Assembly: GCF_026571515.1 (NCBI RefSeq)
Contig: NW_026866456.1
Span: 248,001 to 312,000 of the forward strand
Length of the DNA stretch: 64,000 nucleotides
Direction of reading: 5' to 3'
Origin: Ruditapes philippinarum
Taxonomy: Eukaryota
Within the stretch, counting starts at the first letter, position 1; each line of letters begins with the position of its first letter. A model generated the notes under the pieces. It was not told the DNA's origin. It ran no database searches and was given only the letters and a program-made list of their open reading frames with translations. Shown here in pieces: positions 27,901-42,900 of this stretch. Made by a program: the position numbers and the translations under genes.

Positions 27901-30900
27901 TGAAAATGATTGCAATATTTCCCCAGGAATATCTTGACATTTTCTTGGTGATGGTTCAAAAATGATTCTATATTTCATTATATTATAGTTTGTTTTAATT
28001 AATGTGGCAATTTTGTTGTACTTAAGTATTAAGTATTCATTGTGGTTATTTTGAGAACATGATTTTTCTGGGTAAGGAAATTCATATGAAAAAGAAACAC
28101 AATCGGACGAAAATTACTTGTATTTAGTTCTAAGGAAATTTGTTTACATGTATAATAATATACAGGCAGTATTTCGATGTACAAATCTGATCATTCTTAG
28201 CAAAAGTTCCCATCTTCATCCCTTGTTTATTTTTTCTGTTCTTTTAAATAAAAAAAAATAAAATTTTCTCAAGAGTGGCTCTCTGTGTATCTGTTTTAAA
28301 CCAAGGAATTTCTATATTTTGTGTAGTACATCAAAAAATCTGGATCTAATCCTTTATTTTGCTAAATATGATCAAAATATCTTTCTTCAAAGGATTGGCA
28401 TGACTTTAAATCTCTTTCCAAATTGCATTGTTTTCAATCAATGGCATGGGGTCATTGACCGCTAAGTTTGACCACTTGTGTACACTGTAAAAGTGAATGT
28501 CCTTCGGCCTTGCCAGTTCTGTAAGAAGGTGATTATGGCATGCAAATATTCTATGACAGAATGTTTCGTGATTGAACACACATTTTTTGCAGGTATTTTA
28601 CCATAGCTCAAGTCATGTTTTTGCCAAAGAGAAAAACAAATGACTTGTCTATAAGGCTTCCAGGCATTATTTGCTGAATTTTCTGTTATTTACCATTATT
28701 AATGGAAGTAGATGGAAGAAATTCATTTGGAATGACAGAGAATGCAATATTTTATAAGGCATCAAGTTTGCAAACACAGAATTTGTAGACTTTGTTCAAA
28801 TTGGTGTATAGTTGTTTTCTTGTTACAAAATATTGTTAATATTTTTAACGTGACTATCAAGAATAAGGAAATTTTTTTGTGCTAACCCTAGAGTCAGCAT
28901 CATACTAAAAATTGGTTACATTTTTACATGCAAATTGGCATCTCCATAATCCATTACTGAAAGGAATTAATTAAAAATTTGGCTGCAGTTCTGATGCCTT
29001 AACCCTTAAAGGTAACTCCTCAGGAAGGCACTGTTTTGTGGACAGCTCATAAGAATTTGTTAAGTTGTATAAAACCCATGCTATAAAACGCCTATGACCT
29101 ATACTGTGTTTGCGAGATGTAAAAACCCAGCAAAAATCAATAAAAATGATACATTTGTTTTCTTTTTACATACAAACAAAATGTGCTAAAGCAAAAAAAA
29201 AATGTTCTTACATGTATGTGGTATTTTTCAGCTTTCCAGCAATATCTATTGAATCTTAGTTACTCAGTGGCACATTAAACATCAACATCATTGAATAGAC
29301 ATATTGATGATATTCATATGACCAACAGTATCAGTGTATACATAGAATTCATTTTAAGTGCAAATTATAGTACATTAAGTCCAAAGGTCAGTTTGTAAAG
29401 ATTTAAATCAATGTCTTTGAAAAGAATTGTTTTTTGAATAAAATGTTGTTTATACTTAGCACATAATTGTATAAGGTCAGTCACATTTAATAATAAAACA
29501 TGGAATTGGCTTTTAAAAGCATACTGATTTGACCTAGAACTTCAAACTTTGTAAATAGAAACTTATACTTTGAAAACACACATTTTCAGGTCAAAAGGTC
29601 AAACGTCAAGGCCACTTGGACCTGTAGTATCTAGATATAAACTGGTCATTCATTAAATCAATGTTGACATTGACCTCAAATGTCATGCAGACTTTGTATG
29701 TAGTGTCCATAAATGAGGTCTGCCTGCCATACCAATTTTCAGGTTAAAAGGTCACAGGTCAAGGTCACTAGTACATTGTACCTATATTAGGTTATCCTGT
29801 TGTCAGATTCATGGTCAGTACTGCTTTAAAATTCAACTTTCCGCTATTTTGTCAGTATAAATATTTTTCAAAATAATCCTGCAAATGCCCCCCCCCCCCC
29901 CAGAAAAAGTTTATGCATGTAAATGTATGAGTGATTTCCATGATTTTAGATCAGCCCTCGTTTATTACAAGGACACTACATTTATTTCTGCAGATGTCAC
30001 AAGCAAACATGGTATAACAATGTAAACATACAGTACATTATTTAATACTCGTTTTATTGTATGTTTTCTCTGTGTCAGCAAAATGTGAAGATATTTTGTG
30101 AACTATATGCTTTATATTCTTATAACTATCATCAGTGTTTTTTTTACCCTGTTGGGAATGAGTCTGGGTCTTTGTCTACAGAATTGGGAATTTTGTAGTC
30201 ATCAAATTAAAAATGTAAACTGGGAAAATACAAGTCACTGCAAAAGTTGAATTGCCAATTTTGATATTGCTTAGGGGAGAATAACAATTATTTTTTAGCT
30301 ATTGTTGATAGGTCTTTTATTTTTTCAGAACCATCAAAGGAAAAAATAATGTGACCCTGTACATTAATTATGCACTCATTATCATGTTTAATATGATATA
30401 TTTTTTTATTTTTTTTTATGATATTAATTTTTTTTTCTTTCTATTTTTCAGAATGTTGAAGAAATGCTTAAGGTATGTATACTTATAATTTTTGTTTTAC
30501 TGCACTTAAGTGACAAAATTTATTATTATTCTGTTCTGTCTGACCAGGCTCTATAGTATAGACTTTACTGCCAGTAAATTGACAGTTCTACAAAGGAAGC
30601 TGGGCAAGTCGATTAATAAATTCAGCAGGTTACGGGTTAATACATTAATTGTACTTTTCTCGAAAATTTGATTACATAGGGGTGTCTGTGGCCCAGTGGT
30701 TAAAGTCGTAGGTTCGATCTGCACCAGCGTCTTCCAATTCTTTCATGTGAGAAAGCTATCCAGCTAGCTTATTGGATGTTGGAGGTTCTACTGGGGTGCC
30801 CGTTTGTGCCTGTAATAATGCACAAAGGGACATACATGTAAGGTCTTCCTTCACCAGTAAAGCTAGAAAAGTCATCATATGACCTACTTGTATACTGTGT

Positions 30901-33900
30901 TGGTTCAACATAAAACCCAATAATAATTTTTTTTTAAAAATAAAATGATTACCTGTAGGAGGAGGTGAATGATTTATGAAACTTGCAGGGTAACATGTTT
31001 TTATAATAATGTTGTTTTTGTTTTCCTCTATATAGGTTTTAACATGTGAATAACCTAAAATTTCTGTAACATTGCGAACAAGTGTTGTCCATCATTTTAA
31101 GGAAGAATATAATTATTTTCTTATTATTCTTTTCCACATGGTTAATAAGAGTTAATTTTGTTGAGAAAGAAAAACAACAACAAAACTTTACTTTTTCATT
31201 GTATTTGGATTGGCAATGGTATTTAAAATAGCATATGAAATATAATAAAATGAACACTGAGAATTACAAAGCTGAAGATGGAATTATCAATCTATACCTT
31301 CTATAAGTAGTGTACAGACCCCTCCAAAAAAAAAAAAAAATATTAAAAAAAAACGGAAATGGGGGTTAGTTGGTTAGTTGGTTAATGTTTCCTCTGTGAC
31401 TTTAGCTAGAACTTGCAAGGTCAATACCTCCTTAATGGGGTCTATACTTGTCCTGGTATGTGCATAAATAAATATTAACAAGATTTAAAACATTTTTCAC
31501 TAAATACAGAAATAGTGGTTTAAAGCAAGCTAAATTTAAATCATTTTAGCAGTTTATATATGACTTTATGTCTGGTCAAAAATACTTCTCCATATAAAAT
31601 TTAAAGTATGTTTATTAAATTTCCTTGACATCATTTTATGGTGCACTTTATTAGATTTTCTTTGTATTGTTATTATTATAAAACAGGAAACATTATTTAT
31701 AATCCCAAACTAAATTTAGATGTCCGATAAAAGCCACAAATGTCTTCCATTCGATTCGGCTTTTATTATATCTCAGTCGTTGCTACTTTTGACGTCATGG
31801 TATTTTTTTTTGTGTTTATGCAAAATAGTATGACGTATTTTGACATTAAGTCCGGATGAATGACGCATATTGTCTGTCAAGTGTTTGCTTTAATACTATC
31901 AATAATAAGTTAGTCCATCTGAGATTTATTGTAATGATATCTCGGTCTCGGTCAAACTCGCAGCCATGACCACTGCTTTAAATACCTTTAGAATACTTAA
32001 GTATACTACAGTGTAGTTATATGTTTATACTTCTGTAGAATTTAAATGACTACAGAAAAAAGATACTTGTGTTAAAAGGCCCATTATGCCCCAAAATGCT
32101 TTGAATATTAATTCTCAAAAACTTTATTTTTGGTGTTCTTTTGTAGTTTTCAAAACACTCATTGGCCATTTACAAAAAAGTTTTTTTTCTCTTTTGTTGC
32201 TTTTTGGCAAATAGTAAAGTCATAGTGATTAAGTATTTTGTATAGAAGTCAAAATAATACTATGTTTATATTTTGCTACTTTTATGACAAATTATTTTGA
32301 CATTCAGCGCTACTTTCTTCATGTAACACACATCTAACATGCTCTAAAACCATTATTTAAACGTTCGCCTTTTCTAAAAAGGTAACAATTTATTTGTTTC
32401 TGAAATAAAGTGGTCTTTGTCACATATTTGGTAAAATTTTGCTGTTTCATAATTATATTTAAAAAATCTGGTCCATGTTTTATGATAGATATTTATATAT
32501 ATCTTTCATGTACATGATGGGATTTTTTTTGTTTTTATGGTTTTTTGTAGACAGATATATTGTAATTATGTTGTTGAAAGTAATGGATATGAGTTGAGTA
32601 AGAATTTGAACCCCGCTAATAGCCATGGAGGATAAAAGAAAAGAAATATCATGTTTCTCCTTTGAACAGTTGATAAAGATTCACTTTATCACCAATTTGA
32701 TTCTCCCTAACAACTGAAGGATTTTACTTTAATCTCTTGTCATGTCTATTATAGACTTAAGAATTTATCGAACTTTTTTTTTTCTCAGTGCAGTTTTTAA
32801 AGGGTGAGGGATACATATAAATGGGTTATTAGTTAAAGTAATGGTACATGACTGTATGCATTTTTCCTGATATGAATTTAGTTTGTTTAAGCTATTTTTT
32901 AGCTCACCTGTCACAAAGTGACAGGGTGAGCTTTTGTGATCGCTTTTCGTCCGGCGTCCGTCCGTCCGTCCGTCCGTCGTCCGTAAACTTTTACTTTAAA
33001 TGACATCTCCTCATAAACCACTAGGCCAATTTCATCCAAACTTCACAGGAATGTTCCTTTGGTGGTCACCTTTAAAAATTGTTCAAAGAATTTAATTCCA
33101 TGCAGAACTCTGGTTGCCATGGCAACCGAAAGAAAAAACTTAAAATATCTTCTTTTAAAAAACCCAAAGAGCTAGAGCTTAGATATTTGGCATAAAACAT
33201 CATCTAGTCAGTGTCTACCAAGTTTGTTCAAATAAAAGCCCTGGGGTCAAAATTGGCCCCGCCCCAGGGGGTCATTGATTTACCCTATGTGCATATAGTA
33301 AAACCTTAAAAAAATCTTCTTTTAAAAAACCCAAAGAGGTAGAGCTTAGATATTTGGCTTGAAACATCTTCTAGTCAGTGTCTACCAAGTTTGTTCAAAT
33401 AAAAGCCCTGGGGTCAAAATTGGCCCCGCCCCAGGGGGTCATTGATTTTTTCCTATATGCATATAGTAAAACCTTAAAAAATCTTCTTTTAAAAAACCCA
33501 AAGAGCTAGAGCTAAGATATTTAGCATGAAACCTCCTCTAATGGGTGTCTACCAAGTTTGTTCAAATAAAAGCCCAGGGGTCAAATTTGGCCCCGCCCCA
33601 GGGGGTCATTGATTTACCCTATATGCATATAGTAAAAACTTTAAAAAATCTTCTTTTAAAAAACCCAAAGAGGTAGAGCTTAGCTATTAAGCATGAAACC
33701 TCTTCTAGTGGGTGTCTTACAAGTTTGTTCAAATAAAAGCCCTGGGGTCAAAATTGGCCCCGCCCCAGGGGGTCATTGTTTTTCCTTTTATGTATATAGT
33801 TAAAACATAAAAAATCTTTTAAAAAATCTTAAAAGCTAGAGCTAAGATATTTAGCATGAAACATCTTCTAATGGGTGTCTACCATTTTTGTTAAATTAAG

Positions 33901-36900
33901 GGCCCTGGGGTAAAAAAATTGGCCCGGCCCCGGGATCATTGATTTTCCTTTTATGTATATAGTAAAAACTGAAAAAATGTTCTGTTAAAAAGACCAAGAG
34001 ATAGAGTTTAGATATTAAGCATGAATTATCTTCTAGTGAGTGTTTACCAAGTTTGTTCAAATAAAAGCCCTGGGGACAAAATTGGCCCGCACAGAGGGTG
34101 TGGGTCATTAATTGTTTTTCACTATATGTGTTTAGTAAAAACTTAAAGATTTTTCTAGAGCTAGAGCTTAGATATTTATCATGAAACATCTTCAAATGGG
34201 GATCTACCAAGTTTGTTCAAATAAAAGCCCCTGGGTTAAAATTAGCCCCGCCCCGGGGGCCTATATACAGGTGAGCGATTTCAGGGCCATCATGGCCCTC
34301 TTGTTTTAATAATCTGACATTTTAAGTTTGTATAAATGACTTGCTGATGAATCTTGTATATGTGTATTTAAGTCCTATAAGTAATGACTTCAATACTGCA
34401 ATACTTAACTTTACAGTAGAAATCGAAGGCAGTGAGGTTTGTGGAAAAAAAAGCCAAATATATATACACACCAGTTAGAATACTCAGTATGAAATTGTTA
34501 ATCTATTTTAAATAAACATTTGTCCCCATTAAACGACTAAAACAGTGATTTAATGAAAGTCACTGACATGTACCGATAGGTATTTAGTTTGATTGTTCAT
34601 GTCAAGGGGTTAACCAGTACTATAGGACACCTTACAGGTACATGTGACAGATAGATAAACAGTGCTTTGTTTCACTGTCTAAAATGGCCTCCTGTAATGT
34701 GCGGCTTCATGTCACAGATAAAAACATCGCTGGTTATGAAATGACAATAGCAGATATATTTGAGGCACTTGCCGTTATGATAAAATTATATTCTATTTAG
34801 CACAAGCTAGTGCTTTTGACATGAATTTTTTGGCCGGGAGCAAAAAAACAGAGAGAAAAAACATTGTATTAAATAAAAATCAATCTTTACTCTTTATGTC
34901 GAGATATTAAGTGGAACAAGTTTTATGTAGTATATTGTGAACAGTTTAATGGTTAATTAAATTGACATATTTATGTAATTAACTGTGATCAAGTTTTAAT
35001 TGTCGTACATCTTTTTACTTAACGGGACTGAATATGTTATTTCATGTTTACAATACTGAAACATTTTGCCTGAGTGGACAAACATCTTAAACAAGCAGTC
35101 TTAATTATGCTGGGTCATATTTTAATGCCCTGATTAATAAAAAAGTCAAACAAGGGAGATAATCAAGATTGTTTATATATTTTGTGTAATTTTTCTCAAA
35201 TGATCCCAACAATATAGTAATTTAAGAATAAGTGAAGCTGCCTGCTATATGTTCATTCTGTACAAAAAATATTTAAAACAAAACACATGAAAATATTTAT
35301 TATTTGTAAATGGGGTTACGGGATAGTGGGGTAAAATGTTGAGATGGGGGGTATCATGATAAATTGGCTGTGTGACTGTGTTGCCCAACTGAAAATGGAA
35401 CTTGAAACAGGTGTCTAATGTTAGTTTAATAGATTTCAGCATCTAAATACTAAAAGAATTTAAAAAATAGGCAGAATTGTAAAGTGTGGTCAAATTGTAC
35501 CATAGTTCGAAAAAACTTCATTTAGCCATTGTCCAATCTACTAATAATCATGCTGATTTTGCAGTTATTAATTTTAATCTAAATATATAGAACTGGCATT
35601 TCTTACTGAAAAAAATATAACTACCACTTTATTAAGCTTGTATAAAAGTTAATAATCATGTGCGTTCAACCTTCTTACAATTTTTTTAAACTGGAAAATC
35701 AAGAGGGAGGGACCAAGAATCTTTGGCCTCTATAATTGAATGACGGAAAAACCTGTGGGCACAATAATTGAATTTCTATTCATATGAGCGAAAAATGATA
35801 AAATGTTCCTCATGAATTCATGAAACATCTTGCAGACATGACCTAAGATATGACTGGGATATGATATATTGATATGACTGGAGTTTGATGATATTTATTT
35901 CGGATGCCATAGGATGGGATAATTGTATGGAGGGATTGGTCTATATTTTCTGCTGTAATTTTGGAAGCTGATTTTAAAAATATTTGGTGCCGAAAAGCAT
36001 CCATGATTATTTGAAGCTTATGTGATTCTTTTCATTCGACTGATTATTTTTTAACATTTAACCTTTAACCCTCTGAATTTGTATAATGGACTTGCCATTC
36101 TTTAAAATTGGATCAGTTCATTTGAAGTTTGAGGGATTTTATTAACAAAATTCAGAAGTTGAGCTGCCAATTTTATAGAGCCTCGGGTCAGACTACATGT
36201 ACATGCACTGACTCCAGCCTGGCTCTATACTAGTCAGTAGTGGCAAAGCCTTATCACTATCTGTTCCAGCAGGGGAAAGGTTGTTCTCAAATAATAATTA
36301 AATTCTGTAGACTGAATACCGTTCCTTTTTCAATGTATGCATAATCGAAGTATTGTGCAAGATGGTTAAGTTAAGGTACTGCTTATTTAGAAATAATATA
36401 CATGCATATAATATTATTGTATATAAGATTTACAAAATGACTTTTAATCAATTTTTATTATATCATGCGTTTTAACAATTAAAGCTTTTAGGGATAATAA
36501 ATCCCTGAGTCAATTGTGTAAACGGTTTTCTTGTTTATTTTTCAGGAGTTCCAAGTGCCACAACCTTTGACTGGCATACAGACACCGTTCAAGGAATCCC
36601 AGTTTCCATTCTCAGTTAGTAATTTTTTCCTTCTCTTTATATCAGTTACATATTATAAATGCCATCATATACTATATTGCTCAGCTATTTTAAGTTCCAC
36701 TTTCTGAAAAGAAAAGTGAAGCTTTTGCCATGACTGCTTTTTTGTTGGTTAATATTAATTTTCTGAGATTCTACCAAAGCTATTGATAATTCACTTTATA
36801 CTTAGTTAACATGTTCATTATATAAACCCTCACCTCTGTGAGATCAAATCCCGACAGGGACTTTGGATCTTTCATGTGAGGAAGCTATCCAGCTAGCTTA

Positions 36901-39900
36901 TGAAACGTCGTTGGTTCTACTCTGGTGCCCGTTCGTGCCTGAAATAATGCAAAGAAGGGCACTTGAGGTCTTCCTCCACCAGTAAACCTGGAATGTCGCC
37001 TTATGACCTATATTGTGTCAGTGTGACGTAAAACCCAATCAAACAAATAAACAAACAACATAATATAAACTGTGCATCATTTCAAAAGGGCAGATAATTT
37101 ATAAAATTAATTTTGGCAATGTTGTATTTCCTTTTCAACAGATAAAATTGCAGGACTCAAACCTGCACATGCAGTCAGAACAGGCTAAATTTTCACCTTC
37201 ATATCACCTAAATTGATAATGGACTGTTCCGAAAACGGAAGTTCAGCCTGTTCAGGTCAGATCACTGAACAGACTCAGGAGGTGAAGGGTGTAATGTTTG
37301 ACAATGCTAAAATTGTGGTCAACACTATATATAAATTCAAAGCTATGCTTGCTTGCCTTGTTAAACAGCACTGAAGCCCTAGAAAGACACAGTCTCTGCC
37401 ATTATGTAATAGAGATCTTTTTATAGCAGGAATGTGCTTAACTTGTATGTAATCATTTGATTTGCATTGTTTGAATTTCTTTCAGGACAAAATACAAGAC
37501 AGGAAAGACTTGAATATCAATGGGAAGAGTAGCAAAGGTAATTTGTTGTTGTCTTATACAAGTTTGTTAAATTCTTGGCTCAATTACCAGGGCTTCAGTT
37601 AGTGGAAGTTTTGAAGTAATTTACTCATCAGTCTTTGGTTTTGGCTTGTGACTTCCAAAATATAATGCTTTTTCTTCTTTACCTATATAATGTGACTTCC
37701 AATGGGAGAGACTTTGCAGTCTCTGACTTCCAATTTTTTTTAACTTAATTGAAGTCCTGAATTACAAGTCGTGTAATGGTTTGTTTTCTATTAAAGACCA
37801 ATTCCATGGCCATTGTTTAATTATATATCCAAAATGACCTTTTAGTAACTTTGTATGAATATCATAGGTAAAAACCAAAGTGAAGTTATTTACCTTCTGG
37901 CTCAATTTATATTAAAGTAATGGTACATGATATTATATGACTAGACTTTCTTTGAGGCCGTTCACAATTATTATTTCATGAAGGAGACTAAAGGGGCTTT
38001 CCACCTCCACTCCCCTTGAATTGTGAAAATTGTTAAGTCTATTTTATTTGTGAAATGCAAGAGCAATTGCTCTTGAAATACTGAAGTTTTTTTCCTCTTG
38101 TGAAGGGAGAAGCGCAGGATATGCAAATTGGGGAAAAACATTGTGGGAAAAAAAGGTTTCTCTCTGTTTGATCCGGACAAAAACAAAACATTCAAATAAC
38201 TCTGATTGTAAATAAGTAATAAATATTTTAGGGTAAGAGGTGATCAGAAGCAACTAATTATACAGTAAAATTTAGTTGAAAATATATGTTATACTGTTTT
38301 TATGGCAGTAATCAAGCAAATATTGGATTGCGGCAGTGGCATTTTTGTCAAGTGTGAAACTTGCATTTTTGAATTGTGAAGGGGCTTTAATAAGGCCCTT
38401 GACAATATAGTGAACAAAAAAACCAGCCCTGAAAAAATGTAACTGACAACAACAACAACAGTAGCTGCGGCATCAATTTAAGGTTGACAAAAGGTCTTAG
38501 ATAATGTAGTTTTAGAGGAGATTTTGAGTTCTTAACATCTTATGGCATTTATGCTGAACGTGCAGTTTTCCATTTTCCACTGGACATCTGTTCACGTAAA
38601 GTAATATATTACACTGTATATATATGTTTTCTATATATGGGAAAAAAATTAATGTCTTTATTGATCAATGGCAAAATAGTCGTTAATTGTTCATGGAAAG
38701 GTAAATGACATATGTACCTTTAAGAATTAAGGTCATGTTAGTGCAGTATAACCTACTTTCTAGGAAGTCAATGGCACCTGGCACGTGGTTAGTTCATGAA
38801 AGGGGAAGATGGATTGTTTCTAACAGGCACAAAGTTACAAACCCTAAACTCAAAATCCTTGATGAAACTGTATGAACAAAAGATTTTTCTATCTCCCTAA
38901 ATATTTTTTGTAAGGGTATGAAGTCCTGAATTTATCCATCTGTCATTGTTCTTTTTCCATATAACCATTTTTGTTTATAGACAAAAATTCATAGATATAA
39001 CCACTATCAAAGGGTGAAGTTTCGGGTTGATTGAGGTCAAGGTCAAAGTCATTTCTGTTAAAAATAGATTTTTGGTCTTTACACGTTTCTTTTACAAATA
39101 TTTTAGATATTTGATAATTAAACAATTACCATTGCCTAGGCAAATATTTATTGTTCTGAGGTAATACTTGTCCATTGTAGGCATTAGTGCTATATACTTT
39201 TTTGCAATTCTTGCAGCACTTTATTATGAGGGAATATTTTTTAATGCACAAAGTTGACATATCCATAAACCAACTTTGATGCAATGTATCAGAAAAGTTT
39301 CATCCTAATATTTGTAGGGAAACTATATACCATTGTAAATTGCTATATTTCCTGGTAACATATTTTATTATTCAAAGAATCATGCATCAAACATTATCAA
39401 ATGACTTTTCAGTCATTGAGGTAGGCCATTAATAAGCCCTTTCTTTTACAAAATTAGAGAATGAAATTACCAGTTTGTCGCCCATTGTATGGCACCATGG
39501 TCAGTCTGCATATCTTTGCAGTTTGACAACTGGCTCTATGATTGTTGGACGACTTCAAAACGTAAATTTTCATCCTGACATCCCCAAAATGGATGATGAA
39601 AAGTTCCAAAAATGGAAACTTAATAACAAGTGCATTATTGAAATTGAGAAGGTTTAACATATAAAATGTTAGTGTTTTGTGGAAAGTGTAAAAAGAACAG
39701 AAAAAAGTCGTTTGTAAGGTAATTATTCATATATTGGCTTCAGGTTATCTTGTTATTCAATAGTTGGTTAAACATGTGTCAAGGTTGGTGGTCTAAAAAT
39801 AGAGCAATTCTTAAAAAATTGTAACTTTTCAGGGAAGTGTTTTTTTTTATTAGAATGCAAGTATTTCCTAAAACTAAGATTTAAAATTGTTTTCTGTTAC

Positions 39901-42900
39901 TTTACAATTACAATCAAGTTTGAACTGGTTATTTACAGCATTGTTTACAAGTTTTTTTTATAGTTGATGAATTACGAGTGTACAAATATTTAAAACCATT
40001 TGTTTGTATTGAAACAATACTTGAATTCATGAAGTATCAATCCATAATTATTTAGGCTAGTAAATAAAAAAGTATAAGCGCTGAGTGTACAGATATAGAA
40101 AATGTCACATATGCCAGTCTGAACTACTGTGCAGTCTGACACCCGACTAATGTTGCTACTAAATTTCTTTATTTCTACATTGAAATCCTGTCAGCTTTTA
40201 ATGAACTGTTCTTAATGTCAATGCAGGAAAAATCCATTCTCAATTTTAAGGGTTAAGAATTAAAAATGTTTATTTATGGAAAAAAACAAACCAAAAAAAC
40301 CCACCAAAATAATTGGACAAGTCTTTCATTTGAAGCCCTGGGCAGAAGCCAAAAAGTATTTGTATATGTTGCTACTGAAAAATCATGGTAAAAACAATAA
40401 TGTTTTTTTTAACCGACATAGTGAAAATTAAGTTATCGTTGTTGAACATCTGTTTATCTTAATGTCCGTCTTATTGTTTATATTTTGTTCGAAGGTTATA
40501 CAGTATAATAAAAACACTTCCTTATGAAAAAGTGGTTTAGATTTATTACACAATTTTATGATGCTGTTTTGTTCTACATTTTATTGATGACATTAAGTAA
40601 AATATATTAATTTTTTGCTTGACTGTTTGAAGAAAGGGAGAGCTTTTGTTCTCGCCCAGGCCTTGGTGTCAGGCTTTTGTTAATATTTTTCATGCAAGTT
40701 GGGTTCAAAACTACTGAATGGGTTAAAACTTCATACACTTTGATTAGAACAAAATAGAAAGTCACTGTCCAAGGCCTGTTACTCTAACATGGATTTTGAC
40801 GGAATTATAGCCCTTTTTGAACTCTGAAAATTCTATCATTATGTTATCCAGGCTCTTGTTTTACTATCAGGCACTGAGAATTGATGAGCGTGCTGTCCTA
40901 CCTAAAGCTCTTGTTTAATTTAAAACTCATATAGCTTGCATTTCATTTATAATGCAAAACTTTGCAAACTGTCACCTGTATATGTGAAAGATAATTTATT
41001 GAGACGTTTAAATCATATACTTGAGATTTAATAATAAAATTGGAAGTTAAGTTGGCAGAGCAGTCTGGTTAATATATAAATCTTTTTTTTTAACTGCCAT
41101 TGCTTAGGAACAATTAAGGACTTACTACGAAACAGTGATATATGTATATTTCCCATTAAGTACAACTTAAATTATATACCAACATCTTGAAATGAAAAGT
41201 AGTTTTGATGGCCAATTTGTCGGCAAATGTGGAACATGTATGTTGATTATTTGTCAGAAGTCAATTTGTCACCAATTTGTCAAGATGCTAATAAATTCAT
41301 GCACTGCTTGTAAATTCTGTTAAGTATGATCAATTGAATGTTAATTGTAGAAACACACTTTAACACAGTATTTTAAGCTGTTCTTTGAAGACTGGCGCAG
41401 GGATTGATGGATGATATGAAGGTTAAGTTTTATGTAACAGTTATGTTTGTTTCTGTCATCGTTAATTGTCAATTATAGTAAACCTGTAGAATTATTCTTG
41501 CTGTAATTTGTTCTATAGAAAAAGTTAAAAATGATCTCAACGGCCAATGTCTGGTGTTCTTATTTTTGCAATTAGTTGTTCTCAATAGCCCTGGTAAAGT
41601 CAGTCATTTTCGGAGATAGTTGTTCTATCAGTGTAGTAGAAAATGATCTCAACAGCCCTTGTAAGGTGTTATAATTCTTAGAGATAGTTGTCTATCAATG
41701 TAGTAGAAAATGATCTCAACAGCCCTTGTAAGGTGTTATAATTCTTAGAGATAGTTGTTCTATCAATGTAGTAGAAAATGATCTCAACAGCCCTTGTAAG
41801 GTGTTATAATTCTTAGAGATAGTTGTTCTATCAATGTAGTAGAAAATGATCTCAACAGCCCTTGTAAGGTGTTATAATTCTTAGAGATAGTTGTTCTATC
41901 AATGTAGTAGAAAATGATCTCAACAGCCCTTGAAAGGTGTTATAATTCTCAGAGATAGTTGTCTATCAATGTAGTAGGAAATGATCTCAACAGCTCTTGT
42001 AAGGTGATATAATTCTTAGAGATAGTTGATCTATCAATGTAGTAGAAAATGATCTCAACAGCCCTTGTAAGACATTTTTTCTTGCAATATTGCACAAATA
42101 AAAATTTCGTTAGTCTTGCAAGCAAAGAAAATCAGTTTCAATACAAGCTTTCTTAAACAAAGAAACTGGTCAAAAGCTAACAAACTAACTAACAAACTAA
42201 CTAACAAACAGTTGGGTTCAACACACACTGCTCTCTATATATTTTAAAGTAGCTAGAGAAATTTTGAGAGTAGCCAAAACTGATGAAATGCTAAGTTTTT
42301 GACACTGTTTTGTTCTTGATTCAAGGAAGTACATTTTGAATGCCATTTTCTTTGGTATAATTTATTCAAGAATTGTTGCTGTTGTCTGATGGCATTTGGA
42401 TCGGCATTTGTAAATGCATATATGAGCCGCGTCATGACAAAACCAACATATGGGTTTGCGACCAGCATGGATCCAGACCAGCCTGCGCATCCGCGCAGTC
42501 TGATCAGGATCCATGCTGTTCGCTTACCAACTCTATTACAAGTAGAGAAACTAATAGCGAACAGCATGGATCCTGATCAGACTGCGCGGATGCGCAGGCT
42601 GGTCTGGATCCATGCTGGTCGCAAACCCATTATGTTGGTTTTGTCGTGACGCGGCTCAATTATGTTGTTTATAAACAGGCAGCTTTTTGATAAAATAGAA
42701 GCTGTTAACATGTGATTGATCAGTGGTAATTATTCTGATACTTTAATCATCACTTTACATAATAACTTAGCAGTAATAATTTCTGGTTTCTTATTAGTTG
42801 TAAATATAGAAATTAATTTGATCGATTTGTTTCTATAAGTTGTATGAAATGAAAATGATGAAATTAATTTCCATAGAATTAATTTTGGTGTCAATTTACT

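Noticed and set aside
42253-42649. Near-identical peptides here and at 9417-9638
   Set aside because: Both are translations of the same palindromic MITE
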